DNA from: an uncultured Verrucomicrobiae bacterium
Lineage (GTDB): Bacteria > Verrucomicrobiota > Verrucomicrobiia > Chthoniobacterales > UBA10450
NCBI GenBank assembly: GCA_963735805.1
Contig: CAVTMK010000002.1
Coordinates: 672,001 to 736,000, forward strand
Reading direction: 5' to 3'
DNA: 64,000 bases
Every line of letters starts with the position of its first letter. Positions within the stretch are counted from its first letter, which is position 1. Of the stretch, positions 47,542-56,917 are shown piece by piece. A program made the position numbers and the translations under genes. The notes beneath the pieces are model-generated. The model had not been told where the DNA came from, made no database searches, and saw nothing but the letters and a program-made list of their open reading frames with translations.

Positions 47542-48030
47542 ATGACAACGCTGGAAATCCGAAAAGCAGTCGAATCCGATATTCCACGCTTGCTGCCTTT
47601 GATGCGCGAACTCGCCGAGTTTGAGAAATACTCGAAAGACTTCGCGATCACGGAGGAGGTGTTACGCGAACAGGGATTTCGGCGTTCGCCCCCTGATTTT
47701 CATTGTCTTATCGCGGAAGAAGGCTCCAACCTGGTCGGTTTTCTTGTTTATTATTTTGTTCCCTTCACGTATCGAGCCAAGCCGAATCTGATCATCAAGG
47801 AGCTTTATATCGCTGATCGGCATCGGAGCAAAGGGATAGGCAGACAGCTGATGAAAGCTGTTGCCAGAGAGGCTCAGGAGACGGGTTGCGGAATGATCAA
47901 ATGGTGGGTCGCGAAATGGAATGAGCGCGGTATCGAGTTTTACCAGCGCCTCGGCGCGACAATCGACAGCGAGTGGCGCGAATTTCAGTTGTCGGAGAAA
48001 GCGTTTTGCGATTTGGCTGCCCCCGAATAG
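47542..48030 (+). CDS. GNAT-family N-acetyltransferase (spermidine/diamine acetyltransferase-like)
   Basis: RELAEFEK, RSKGIG and WNERGIEFYQRLG motifs. Confidence 0.9.
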   Translation: MTTLEIRKAVESDIPRLLPLMRELAEFEKYSKDFAITEEVLREQGFRRSPPDFHCLIAEEGSNLVGFLVYYFVPFTYRAKPNLIIKELYIADRHRSKGIGRQLMKAVAREAQETGCGMIKWWVAKWNERGIEFYQRLGATIDSEWREFQLSEKAFCDLAAPE

Positions 48031-48045
48031 CGCACATTCCCATAC

Positions 48046-48181
48046 GGTGGAACGCGTTGTCCTCAACGCGTTGGCAAATCGACGCGGTTTGGCACCAAGT
48101 TTCACGACTAGGGTAAGAGCGGTGCGTTAGTTTGGCCTCCGGCGAAATGCTTGCCATCGTCTTCGGAGAAGCCGACCCACC
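48046..48181. repeat. Full-length GTGG-tagged REPIN/MITE-like element
   Basis: GGTGGAACGCGTTGTCCTCAACGCGTT...CATCGTCTTCGGAGAAGCCGACCCACC. Confidence 0.88.
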
Positions 48182-48201
48182 ATTGCCCCAAGCGCGAACC
48201 G

Positions 48202-49149
48202 TTAACCGTACAGCCAGCGCATGTAATCGCGCACGCCGTCTTCGAGCGGGAATTGTGGCTCGTATCCCAACCCGCGGCGAGCGTTAGTGAGGTCGGCTTG
48301 CGTGAAGTTTTGATAATGCGCATGCGGATTATCGATGTAATCCGGCGGAAAGTTTGTGCCCAGACATTTATTTAGAACATCAATCAGCTCGTTGAACGAG
48401 CGCGCCCAGCCCGAGCCGAGATTGTAAATTCCGCTGGCCTGCGCATCGAGTGCGCGAATGCTGCCCTCGACAACGTCCTTCACGTAGACAAAATCGCGTT
48501 TCTGCTCGCCGTGCTTGAAAATACGCGGGCGCTGCCCGGCTTTCATCTGCCGTGACAAATGATACACCATGCTGGCGGGCACGCCCTTGTGTGCTTCGCG
48601 CGGCCCATAAACGTTGAAGTAACGCAAACCAACGAGGATCCAATCGGGCGATTCGGCGGCCGCACGCCTGGCGATATTGTCCATGATCACTTTCGAAAAG
48701 GCGTAAACATTTGCAGGCGCTGCGCCATTTGATTCAATACTGGCTTCAGTCGCCGCGCCGTAAGTCGCTGCAGAAGAAGCATAAATGATTCGCGTTTTGG
48801 TCGGCCGGGCAAAATTTAGGATTCGCCGGAAACTCTCCACGTTGTCGTGTACTTGCTCGAACTGATCGTGGTTCGTTGTATCCGTGATCGATGCGAGATG
48901 AAAGATCGTGTCGAATCCGGCATCTGCCGGATCGCCAAACTGCTCGCGCCAATCGAGAGTCGCCAGATTTTGCGCGACGAAATCGCCACGATAACCGGCG
49001 AGATTTTTGAAGTCGCCAGAGCGAAAATCGTCAATCACTGTTAGACGTGCGTCCGGAAAATTTTCCTGCAACTCCAGGGCGAGATTCGAGCCGACGAAAC
49101 CGGCGCCGCCGGTAACAACAAGATTTGAAGAAGAGCCAGTCGGTGACAC
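48202..49149 (-). CDS. rfaD: ADP-L-glycero-D-manno-heptose 6-epimerase
   Basis: TGGAGFVG, YASSAATYG, YAFSK, RYFNVYGPREAHKG and RDFVYV motifs. Confidence 0.9.
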   Translation of the reverse strand: MSPTGSSSNLVVTGGAGFVGSNLALELQENFPDARLTVIDDFRSGDFKNLAGYRGDFVAQNLATLDWREQFGDPADAGFDTIFHLASITDTTNHDQFEQVHDNVESFRRILNFARPTKTRIIYASSAATYGAATEASIESNGAAPANVYAFSKVIMDNIARRAAAESPDWILVGLRYFNVYGPREAHKGVPASMVYHLSRQMKAGQRPRIFKHGEQKRDFVYVKDVVEGSIRALDAQASGIYNLGSGWARSFNELIDVLNKCLGTNFPPDYIDNPHAHYQNFTQADLTNARRGLGYEPQFPLEDGVRDYMRWLYG

Positions 49150-49184
49150 AAAAACGGTTGTTTGCTGGGTTGATTAAATAAGTC

Positions 49185-49213
49185 TTGCAGCGGCAAGCGC
49201 AAGCCGCTAGTTC
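49185..49213 (+). promoter_or_regulatory. Sigma70-like promoter for the riboswitch/btuB transcript
   Basis: TTGCAG-17 bp-TAGTTC just upstream of the aptamer. Confidence 0.4.
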
Positions 49214-49221
49214 TCGATTCA

Positions 49222-49410
49222 GTTCTTTGCGAGCTTGAAAAAGTGGGTCGGCGCAAGAAATCCCGTGAGAATCGGGAGCAGTTGCGCTGCTGTAACTGGA
49301 TACGACTTCCCAATTGGGCCAATCCTCGAGAATTTTTCGAGGGTGAAGGCGGGAAGAAGGTGATTCCGGCGGCTGCCGGAACAAAGCCAGGAGCCAGAAT
49401 ATTTGTCCGG
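49222..49410 (+). promoter_or_regulatory. Cobalamin riboswitch (sequence variant)
   Basis: TCCCG-TGAGAAT-CGGGA T-loop hairpin, CTGTAAC, GCCAAT...GTGAAGGC and GAGCCAGAA, in canonical order upstream of a TonB receptor. Confidence 0.8.
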
Positions 49411-49425
49411 TCCACCTCATTCGGC

Positions 49426-49485
49426 TGTAGTCGCCCCGCTATATCGGGGCGTTTCACAACGCGGCGACACCGCGCGGTGGCTACA
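49426..49485. repeat. GTAG-family REP pair inside the riboswitch leader
   Basis: TGTAGTCGCCCCGCTATATCGGGGCG...CGGCGACACCGCGCGGTGGCTACA. Confidence 0.85.
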
Positions 49486-49612
49486 ACCGAAAAAACTTCT
49501 TCGCAAAAAGAAGAATGAGAGCTGGACGATGCCCTGCCGCAGCGGCGCTGAGTGACCGTCGAAGCGATCGGGGTCTAACAAGTCCAACTCTCGGAGTTGG
49601 AGGAAACTTGTT

Positions 49613-51523
49613 ATGAAAAATCGTTCAGTTTGGTTTATTCGTATTTGGGGAGCGTGCATTCTCCCGTTCGCATTGGCTTTTACGTCCAGCATCTGCCTTG
49701 CCCAGGAAGTGTCGCCGACTCCTTCGCCAGGCGAAATGGAATCCGAGCCGATCGTCGTTACTGCGACGCGTTTCGACATTCCGCTCGACCAATCGCCGGC
49801 CAGCGTGAGCGTGATTAACTCGGAAGATTTCGAGCAAAAACAAATCGAGCGCATAAGCGACGCACTTCGTGAAGTGCCCGGCCTATCCGTCGTTCAAACC
49901 GGAACAGCCGGCCAGTTGACTTCGGTTTTCACTCGGGGATTACGCAGCGAACACACGCAGGTCTTGCTCGATGGCATCCCGATCAATCAAGGTCTGCAGG
50001 GAGCGTTTAATTTCGCCGATCTGACCATCGACGATATTGACAGGATAGAGGTCGTGCGCGGCCCACAGAGCACGTTGTACGGACCGCGTGCCCTCGCCGG
50101 TGTCATCCAAATTTTTACCAAACAAGGCACAGGAACCCCCGAGGCAATGGCCGCTGCGGAAGGCGGATCGTACGACACTTTTCGCGAATGGACTCAGAGC
50201 GACGGCAAGATTAGCGACTTCGATTACTCGGTCGGGGCAAGCCGCCTCGATACAGACAATGCGCGGCCAAATAACAACTATCGCAACACAGCTGCGATCA
50301 CCGATGTCGGCTGGTCGCCTGACACACAGTTGCGGATCGGCAGCTTGTTCACTTACTCGGTAAGCGACACCGGGAATCCAAACACAATTTTCGATCCACG
50401 CCCCATCGATCACTTTTTTACGGAGCGTTGGTTAATCGGCCCCCACATCGATTGGAAGCCGACCGAGTGGTGGCAACACAAATTGATTGTTTCTTACGAT
50501 CACGAACGGCAAATCAACGACCCAAACGAGGACGGCTTCGTGGGGCCGACACGCGCGCTCTTTGAAAGGACACAAGTTGATTATCAAAATGATTTGCGTC
50601 CAACCTCGTGGCTGATGCTGACTTCTGGATTTTTCTACAGCCGCGTTAACGCCGGGCAGGAGCGTCCGTTCGTTCTGCAAATTTTCGGACCCCAACCGAC
50701 TTTTGTTAGCGATCACACCGAAGAGATCGCAGGATTCTTGCAGGCAACGCTGACGCCCATCGAGAATCTGATTTTCGTCGCCGGCGGCCGGTTCGATCAT
50801 TTTAACCAATTCGGAGGTGTCTGGACTTATCGTGTCGCTGGCAGTTACAAGGTCGAACGGACAAACACAACGTTGCATTCAAGTGTGGCGACCGGATTCA
50901 GCCCGCCAAGCAGTCAGGACAAAATCTTCGGAAACAATTTTGGATTGAAACCGGAGCACGATTTGGGCTGGGACATCGGTGTCAGGCAGGAGCTTTGGCA
51001 GAACCGCGTTGCCGCCGGTTTGACCTATTTTCACAACAACCTTTCGAACGCGATTGGATCCAACGGCCTTTTTCAGACGCTCAACCTCGGCGCAGCCGAG
51101 ACCCAGGGCCTGGAAGCCGAACTACGCGCGCAACCGATTCCCAACCTTATTTTCACCGCCAGCTACACTTATCTGGAAGCGGAAAAAACCGACGACACGG
51201 ACATCTCGCAACCGCAGGGCTCGCGTTTGCCCCGGCGACCGCGCAACGAAGTTTACGTTTCAGCTTCATACCTTTGGTGGAAGAAACTGCGCACTGTGGT
51301 CGAAGCAAAGTTCGTAAACGCGCGGGAGGAACTGAACTTCGGTGCCCCAAACTTCGACATCGAAGATTATAGCTTCGTGAACATTGCAGCGGAATATGAA
51401 GTGAATCCGCACTTGTCGATCTTCGGCCGGATCGACAACCTCGCGAACGAACATTACTCGGAAGTGTTCGGTTTTCCCGCGCTCGGGCGCGCCGCGTATG
51501 GCGGTTTCAAGGTGCGGTTTTAG
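49613..51523 (+). CDS. btuB: TonB-dependent receptor, vitamin B12 transporter-like
   Basis: IVVTATR TonB box; plug motif RIEVVRGPQSTLYG; C-terminal Phe; upstream B12 riboswitch. Confidence 0.8.
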   Translation: MKNRSVWFIRIWGACILPFALAFTSSICLAQEVSPTPSPGEMESEPIVVTATRFDIPLDQSPASVSVINSEDFEQKQIERISDALREVPGLSVVQTGTAGQLTSVFTRGLRSEHTQVLLDGIPINQGLQGAFNFADLTIDDIDRIEVVRGPQSTLYGPRALAGVIQIFTKQGTGTPEAMAAAEGGSYDTFREWTQSDGKISDFDYSVGASRLDTDNARPNNNYRNTAAITDVGWSPDTQLRIGSLFTYSVSDTGNPNTIFDPRPIDHFFTERWLIGPHIDWKPTEWWQHKLIVSYDHERQINDPNEDGFVGPTRALFERTQVDYQNDLRPTSWLMLTSGFFYSRVNAGQERPFVLQIFGPQPTFVSDHTEEIAGFLQATLTPIENLIFVAGGRFDHFNQFGGVWTYRVAGSYKVERTNTTLHSSVATGFSPPSSQDKIFGNNFGLKPEHDLGWDIGVRQELWQNRVAAGLTYFHNNLSNAIGSNGLFQTLNLGAAETQGLEAELRAQPIPNLIFTASYTYLEAEKTDDTDISQPQGSRLPRRPRNEVYVSASYLWWKKLRTVVEAKFVNAREELNFGAPNFDIEDYSFVNIAAEYEVNPHLSIFGRIDNLANEHYSEVFGFPALGRAAYGGFKVRF

Positions 51524-51530
51524 TCGCTCT

Positions 51531-51560
51531 TGTCATTCCGAGCGATGTCGAGGAATCTCT
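51531..51560 (+). repeat. Single TGTC-tagged REP
   Basis: TGTCATTCCGAGCGATGTCGAGGAATCTCT; near-identical to 63690-63719. Confidence 0.85.
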
Positions 51561-51596
51561 TAATCGTAGTAACAAGGAAGGATTTGGCCGAAGAAA

Positions 51597-52811
51597 ATGA
51601 ACGTCCTTTATCTCGTCATTGGCGCGCTTGGAGCGGGCCTGCTTGTCGCAATTATCCTGCTGCTGGTACGACGCGGCCGATCCGAAGATGTGGCGCTTGT
51701 CGGAAAAATTGAGTTACTCGAACGCGCGCAGGAGCGAAGCGAGCGGATGCTTCGCGAAGAGATGGCACGTAGTCGCGAGGAAGGTGCGAATGCCGCAAAA
51801 GTGCAACGCGAAGAATTGACGAAGTCTCTCGAAGGCGTGCGTTCGATTGTCGACGTGCGCTTGACGCAATTGCAGGAGGATAACTCGAAGCAAATCGACA
51901 AGATGCGGGCTACGGTTGACGAAAAATTGCAGGGCACACTGGAGAAACGTCTCGGCGAATCTTTCAAACTGGTGAGCGATCGACTAGAGCAAGTGCATCA
52001 GGGCCTCGGCGCGATGCAACAACTGGCCAGTGACGTGGGCGGTTTGCAACGGGTCCTCACGAACGTGAAAACCCGCGGTGGTTGGAGCGAATGGCAGCTT
52101 GGGATTCTGTTGGAAGAAATGCTGACGCCGGAGCAGTTCGCTAAAAACATGAAGACGCGGGACGACACAGATGAGCGTGTTGAGTTTGCGATCAAGTTGC
52201 CTGGTGACGAGAACGGTGCGCCGGTCTGGTTGCCGATTGACGCGAAATTTCCGATGGAACATTACGAACGATTGACGGTAGCGCAGGAAAGTGGCGATCC
52301 CACGGCAATGGAAACGGCTATGAAAACCCTGGAGACGCAATTGAAACGTTGCGCGAAAGACATTTGTGAGAAGTACATTAATCCGCCAAAGACGACCGAT
52401 TTTGCTCTCTTGTTTTTGCCAAGCGAAGGACTTTACGCAGAAGCAATTCGCCGTGTGGGTCTGGTTCAAAATGTGCAGCGCGATTGCCGGGTCACTTTCG
52501 TCGGGCCGACTACGCTGGCTGCCTTGCTCAACAGTCTGCAAATGGGTTTTCGCACGCTCGCGATCCAAAGACGCTCAAGTGAGGTCTGGAGTCTGCTGGC
52601 GACGGTGAAGACCGAGTTCGGAAAATTCGGCGAGGCCTTGTCAGCTGTGAAAGACAAGATCGATCAAGCCTCGCGGAAGATGGAAGACGTCGATGTTCGC
52701 TCGCGTGTTATCACAAAGAAATTGCGCGCCGTGGAAGAGTTGCCATCTAATCCGCAGCCAATGCTGAGAGACCTGTTGCCAAATGAGGATGACGCCGGCG
52801 TTGCCGATTAA
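51597..52811 (+). CDS. rmuC: DNA recombination protein RmuC
   Basis: N-terminal TM and coiled coil; KTRGGWSE, PIDAKFP and FLPSEGLY motifs. Confidence 0.93.
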   Translation: MNVLYLVIGALGAGLLVAIILLLVRRGRSEDVALVGKIELLERAQERSERMLREEMARSREEGANAAKVQREELTKSLEGVRSIVDVRLTQLQEDNSKQIDKMRATVDEKLQGTLEKRLGESFKLVSDRLEQVHQGLGAMQQLASDVGGLQRVLTNVKTRGGWSEWQLGILLEEMLTPEQFAKNMKTRDDTDERVEFAIKLPGDENGAPVWLPIDAKFPMEHYERLTVAQESGDPTAMETAMKTLETQLKRCAKDICEKYINPPKTTDFALLFLPSEGLYAEAIRRVGLVQNVQRDCRVTFVGPTTLAALLNSLQMGFRTLAIQRRSSEVWSLLATVKTEFGKFGEALSAVKDKIDQASRKMEDVDVRSRVITKKLRAVEELPSNPQPMLRDLLPNEDDAGVAD

Positions 52812-52831
52812 CGCTATCGCATCAACCAATT

Positions 52832-53524
52832 GTGAAGACAGCATTGATCACGGGCGCGAATAAAGGGATTGGCTATGAGGTAGCGCGTCAGCTCGCAGGA
52901 AAGGGATTTCACGTCTTTGTCGGTGCGCGGGACCGGGGCGCCGGCCGCAAAGCGGCGACTGAGATCGCGAAGCAAGGCGGGAAAGCGATCTTTCTGGAGA
53001 TCGATGTCGCAGATAGTGCCAGCGTCACGGCCGCCGCGCGCGAGTTTGCCAAAACCGCGGATCGTTTGGACGTGCTCGTGAATAACGCAGGGATCATTGT
53101 TGATGGAGACGACGCAATTCTGGAAATCAGCGACGAATTGTTACGAAAGACTCTTGAAACAAACACGCTCGGTGCGTTGCGCGTAACACGCGACTTCGTG
53201 CCCTTGCTCAAGAAAAGCAAAGCGCCGCGCGTGATCAATGTCTCCAGTGGCGGCGGTCAGTTGACCGGTGGCGCTGACGGGTGGTCGCCCGCTTATTGTA
53301 TTTCGAAAACTGCGCTCAACGGCGTCACCTCGCAACTTGCCACCGCGTTGCCGAAGTTCGCCGTGAATTCAGTCTGCCCCGGGTGGGTCCGAACGGATAT
53401 GGGCGGACAAGATGCGAGCCGCTCAGTGGAAGAAGGCGCGGATACAATTGTTTGGCTTGCCACCGAAGCCCCGCAGAAGCTTAACGGGAAATTTTTGCGT
53501 GATCGCAAGGAAATACCCTGGTGA
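52832..53524 (+). CDS. Short-chain dehydrogenase (carbonyl reductase-like)
   Basis: TGANKGIG, NNAG, YCISK and CPGWVRTDMGG motifs. Confidence 0.93.
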   Translation: MKTALITGANKGIGYEVARQLAGKGFHVFVGARDRGAGRKAATEIAKQGGKAIFLEIDVADSASVTAAAREFAKTADRLDVLVNNAGIIVDGDDAILEISDELLRKTLETNTLGALRVTRDFVPLLKKSKAPRVINVSSGGGQLTGGADGWSPAYCISKTALNGVTSQLATALPKFAVNSVCPGWVRTDMGGQDASRSVEEGADTIVWLATEAPQKLNGKFLRDRKEIPW

Positions 53525-53533
53525 TTTCATCCC

Positions 53534-53613
53534 GTAGCCGCTTCGCTGTGCCAAGCGTGGGGGTTGATCGGCAAAAGGGCTACGACGGCGTCGCCCACAG
53601 GGATCTGGCTACA
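53534..53613. repeat. Degenerate GTAG-family REP pair
   Basis: GTAGCCGCTTCGCTGTGCCAAGCG...CGTCGCCCACAGGGATCTGGCTACA. Confidence 0.7.
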
Positions 53614-53661
53614 GCCTGGCAGCAGGAGTAGAAGGACGAGTAAGAGGAGAAAATGAAAAAG

Positions 53662-55440
53662 CTAGAGCACCTGATCCCATTTGCTCTGGTCTTTAAGCAT
53701 GATCTCGCGGAGCAGGCGAATGGGCGGCATACCGTGATTGAGCAACTCGTTGTGGAATTTTTGCAGTGAAAAGTCGTCGCCCAGCTCTGCTTTGTAATCA
53801 TCGCGCAATTTCAGAATCTCCAGCTTGCCCAGGGTATAATTGAGATAACCCGGATCGAACGTGCCGCGAAGCGCCTCCTGTCGCGCCGGTTTTTCTTCGT
53901 AATAACAGTTTTCCTGAAAGAACTTGGTTGCTTCGTCGATGGACATCTTCTCGGTGTGCATTTTAATGGACACGCATAACCGGCACAATCGGAGGAGCGC
54001 TTCGTCGGCCTGCGCCATACGATATTTGGCCGCGCGTTTTAGATCTTCTTCACTGGGCGTTGAGCTGGTTGCGCTGCCGTAGCCCTCGTCGAGCATCATT
54101 TTTTCGCAGTAATGTGCCCATCCTTCGACAAACGCGTAGCTGGCGAAGATTTTTTCAACCCTGCTCGCTGGCGATGCGTTTAGGTGCAGGAATTGCACGT
54201 AATGACCCGGGTAAGCTTCGTGAATCGAGACGAGATCTGAAGTGTAATAATTGAAAGCGGTAAGCCATTCCTGCTTTTGTTTCTCGGGCCAGTCGTTCTC
54301 CGTCGGCGTGACGTAATAGTAGGCTTCATTGGCGCGTTTCTCGAATGGACCAGGTGTATCCATCGATGCAAACGAGGTGGCGCGCAGATATTGTGGTGTC
54401 TCCTTCACTTTGGCGCGAACATCCGAGGGGATACCGACCAACTTGCGGTTCACAACATACTTTCGAATCTTGTCCAGGTCTTTTGCTATGTCGGGGATGA
54501 GATTTTGCGGCGTGGGATGTTCGTTTTGGATTTGCCTGAAAACTTCAATAGGTGACTTGTTTGGGTCGATTTTTTTTGCCGCCTCCGCAAACGCTTCTTG
54601 TTCAGCTTTCAGTTGTGCCATGCCTATTTCGAGGATTTTTTGCGGAGGAAGATCGACCAATTCAGTCTCCGCCAGGAAACGTCTGAATTTTTCTTCTCCC
54701 AAGGCGAAGTCGAGCGAGGCTTTTGGAAGTTTCTCTCGCTCCAGCCACGTTGCATAATCGTTTAGTGCATTCGCGGCTTTACGATTCGCTTCGTGAAATG
54801 CCACGCGAAGCTGTTCGTCCTTCAGCGTGCCGACAGCGGCAACGAGATCTTTTTTCAGGAAATCAGCCGAACCTCTCGCGATCTGAATGGCGAGTTCCAC
54901 ATAGGGTTTGGGAACAACTTCACCAAGGTTTGTCCTTGCCGCGATAAGAATATTTGGGATTTGAGATTCGATCGCTACCAGGCTGCGGACCCGATCTTCC
55001 AGCGGCGCGAAATTCCTCTTGATATAAACGTTCACATCGGCAGCCCGTGCATAGACCATGGGGTTTCGCTCGAAGACCGACATATCCTGCATTTTAAAGA
55101 GGTCCTTTTTCACCGCAGCCTGCAGAATCCGAAGATCGATAGATTGTCGAGAACTCAGTTTGCCGGTATCGAACTTGCTCAGCCGATCGTCGAACCGCCG
55201 TAGCCGGGAAAGCTCAGCATCGAGCGCCAACCGGCTGTAGTCGGCGATTTTGCCATCGTATTCGTGAAGCCCGAGAGCGGTGCCTTCTAAAGGATGAGCG
55301 CCTAGATATCCTTTGATGTATTCTTCAGCCACCGCGTCATACTCGCCATCCTCTGTTTCGGCGGCGAAGCCTCGAAAGGGACAGAGCGAGACAAAGAAAA
55401 AGATGAGCGAGAAAACTTTAAGGCTAAGAAGTTGTTTCAT
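53662..55440 (-). CDS. Secreted DUF885-family metallopeptidase-like protein
   Basis: HEAYPGHYVQ and EGWAHYCE motifs; signal peptide. Confidence 0.88.
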   Translation of the reverse strand: MKQLLSLKVFSLIFFFVSLCPFRGFAAETEDGEYDAVAEEYIKGYLGAHPLEGTALGLHEYDGKIADYSRLALDAELSRLRRFDDRLSKFDTGKLSSRQSIDLRILQAAVKKDLFKMQDMSVFERNPMVYARAADVNVYIKRNFAPLEDRVRSLVAIESQIPNILIAARTNLGEVVPKPYVELAIQIARGSADFLKKDLVAAVGTLKDEQLRVAFHEANRKAANALNDYATWLEREKLPKASLDFALGEEKFRRFLAETELVDLPPQKILEIGMAQLKAEQEAFAEAAKKIDPNKSPIEVFRQIQNEHPTPQNLIPDIAKDLDKIRKYVVNRKLVGIPSDVRAKVKETPQYLRATSFASMDTPGPFEKRANEAYYYVTPTENDWPEKQKQEWLTAFNYYTSDLVSIHEAYPGHYVQFLHLNASPASRVEKIFASYAFVEGWAHYCEKMMLDEGYGSATSSTPSEEDLKRAAKYRMAQADEALLRLCRLCVSIKMHTEKMSIDEATKFFQENCYYEEKPARQEALRGTFDPGYLNYTLGKLEILKLRDDYKAELGDDFSLQKFHNELLNHGMPPIRLLREIMLKDQSKWDQVL

Positions 55441-55536
55441 GGGTGGCCAAACCTAAGACAACGATTTGCGTTGGGTGTTGCCAAAAATTTTCCTCTGAGC
55501 GATGGTGCGGCTGTTTTTCAAAGCTGGGGTCAAAGT

Positions 55537-56838
55537 ATGAGGCGCTTCATGATTTTGCCGTCGTTGGCTTGTCTCTTAATCGGCGCTATTTCTGCTGTCC
55601 GCGGACAGGAGGCGCAGCCGTCGGGAAAGAGTGAAGAGGATAACGGCTACGTGCAAATCTCCATTTTCGCAAAAGCGCTCGAATTGATTCGGCAGGATTA
55701 CGTGGATGAGAACAAGACGAGCTACCACGATCTCATCAATGCGGCAATGAAGGGCATGCTTTCCTCGCTGGATCCACACAGCCAGTTCATGGACCCTGAA
55801 GATTTCCGCGATATGCAGGACGACACGCGGAGTCGTTTCAATGGTCTCGGGATTGAGGTTTCGATGAAAAACGGCCTGCCTACCGTGATTACTGCAATGG
55901 AGGACACACCTGCGGCCAAGGCGGGAATTCTTTCTGGCGACCAGATCTTGCGAATTAACGGCATTTCGACCGAAAGAATGGATCTCCAGGACGCCATTAA
56001 TGTTTTGCGCGGGCCTGCCGGAGCAAAAATCACCCTTACACTGCTGCGGCCTTCGACTAAAGAAATCAAGGAGTACACCCTGCAACGCGCAGAGATCAAA
56101 ATTCAAAGCGTCAAAGGGACAAGATTGATCGATCCGGAGCTGACCGGGCCTTTCAAGATCGGCTACGTCCGGTTGGTGCAGTTCAATGAACCGACCGCCG
56201 ACGAACTATCGAAAGCGCTCGATGAATTACAGAAGCAGGGAATGCAGGCGCTCGTTCTCGATCTGCGCAACAACCCCGGTGGGCTGTTGAACAGCGCGGT
56301 CGATGTCTGTGCGCAGTTCCTGCCGCCTAATACGAAAGTCGTCTCAACGCAGGGGCGGGTCGCTTCTCAACAGCATGATTACTCGACTTCCGGCGTGAAA
56401 AAGGAGCGCCCGAATTTTCCGATGGTCGTGTTGATTAACGAAGGCAGCGCGAGCGGCGCAGAGATCGTCGCCGGGGCGCTCAAGGATTTGCGTCGAGCCG
56501 TGCTTGTTGGCGAAACGACCTTTGGCAAGGGTTCTGTGCAGAACGTCATGCAATTGCCGGACGGCTCCGCGGTGCGCTTTACGACGGCGAAATACTATAC
56601 GCCGAGCAAGCAAGTTATTCAGGGTAATGGCGTGACGCCGAATATACCCGTTGCCATGACCGTCGAGCAGGAGCGTTCCCTGTTTGCGCTGCGTAATGCG
56701 GGAGACGTAAAACCTGAGGACCAGAAAACCATTATCAAGTCGAAGGACCCGCAGATGTTGCGAGCCATCGATGCACTTAAGGGCGTGATGATTTACGCAC
56801 AAGAGAACGCGCCAAAGGCGCAAGCGGTAAAGAAATAG
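55537..56838 (+). CDS. S41 carboxy-terminal processing protease
   Basis: LDPHS, PDZ GLGI, DLRNNPGG, SASGAE and FGKG motifs. Confidence 0.93.
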   Translation: MRRFMILPSLACLLIGAISAVRGQEAQPSGKSEEDNGYVQISIFAKALELIRQDYVDENKTSYHDLINAAMKGMLSSLDPHSQFMDPEDFRDMQDDTRSRFNGLGIEVSMKNGLPTVITAMEDTPAAKAGILSGDQILRINGISTERMDLQDAINVLRGPAGAKITLTLLRPSTKEIKEYTLQRAEIKIQSVKGTRLIDPELTGPFKIGYVRLVQFNEPTADELSKALDELQKQGMQALVLDLRNNPGGLLNSAVDVCAQFLPPNTKVVSTQGRVASQQHDYSTSGVKKERPNFPMVVLINEGSASGAEIVAGALKDLRRAVLVGETTFGKGSVQNVMQLPDGSAVRFTTAKYYTPSKQVIQGNGVTPNIPVAMTVEQERSLFALRNAGDVKPEDQKTIIKSKDPQMLRAIDALKGVMIYAQENAPKAQAVKK

Positions 56839-56854
56839 AACGCTCTTGTTGGAT

Positions 56855-56907
56855 TGTAGGGCAACCGCGCGGGTTGCCCGGTTTGTCGGGCGGAGCGCTT
56901 GCCCCAA
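56855..56907. repeat. GTAG-family REP pair (GTAGGGC type)
   Basis: TGTAGGGCAACCGCGCGGGTTGCCC...GGCGGAGCGCTTGCCCCA. Confidence 0.75.
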
Positions 56908-56917
56908 AAATTTAGAT

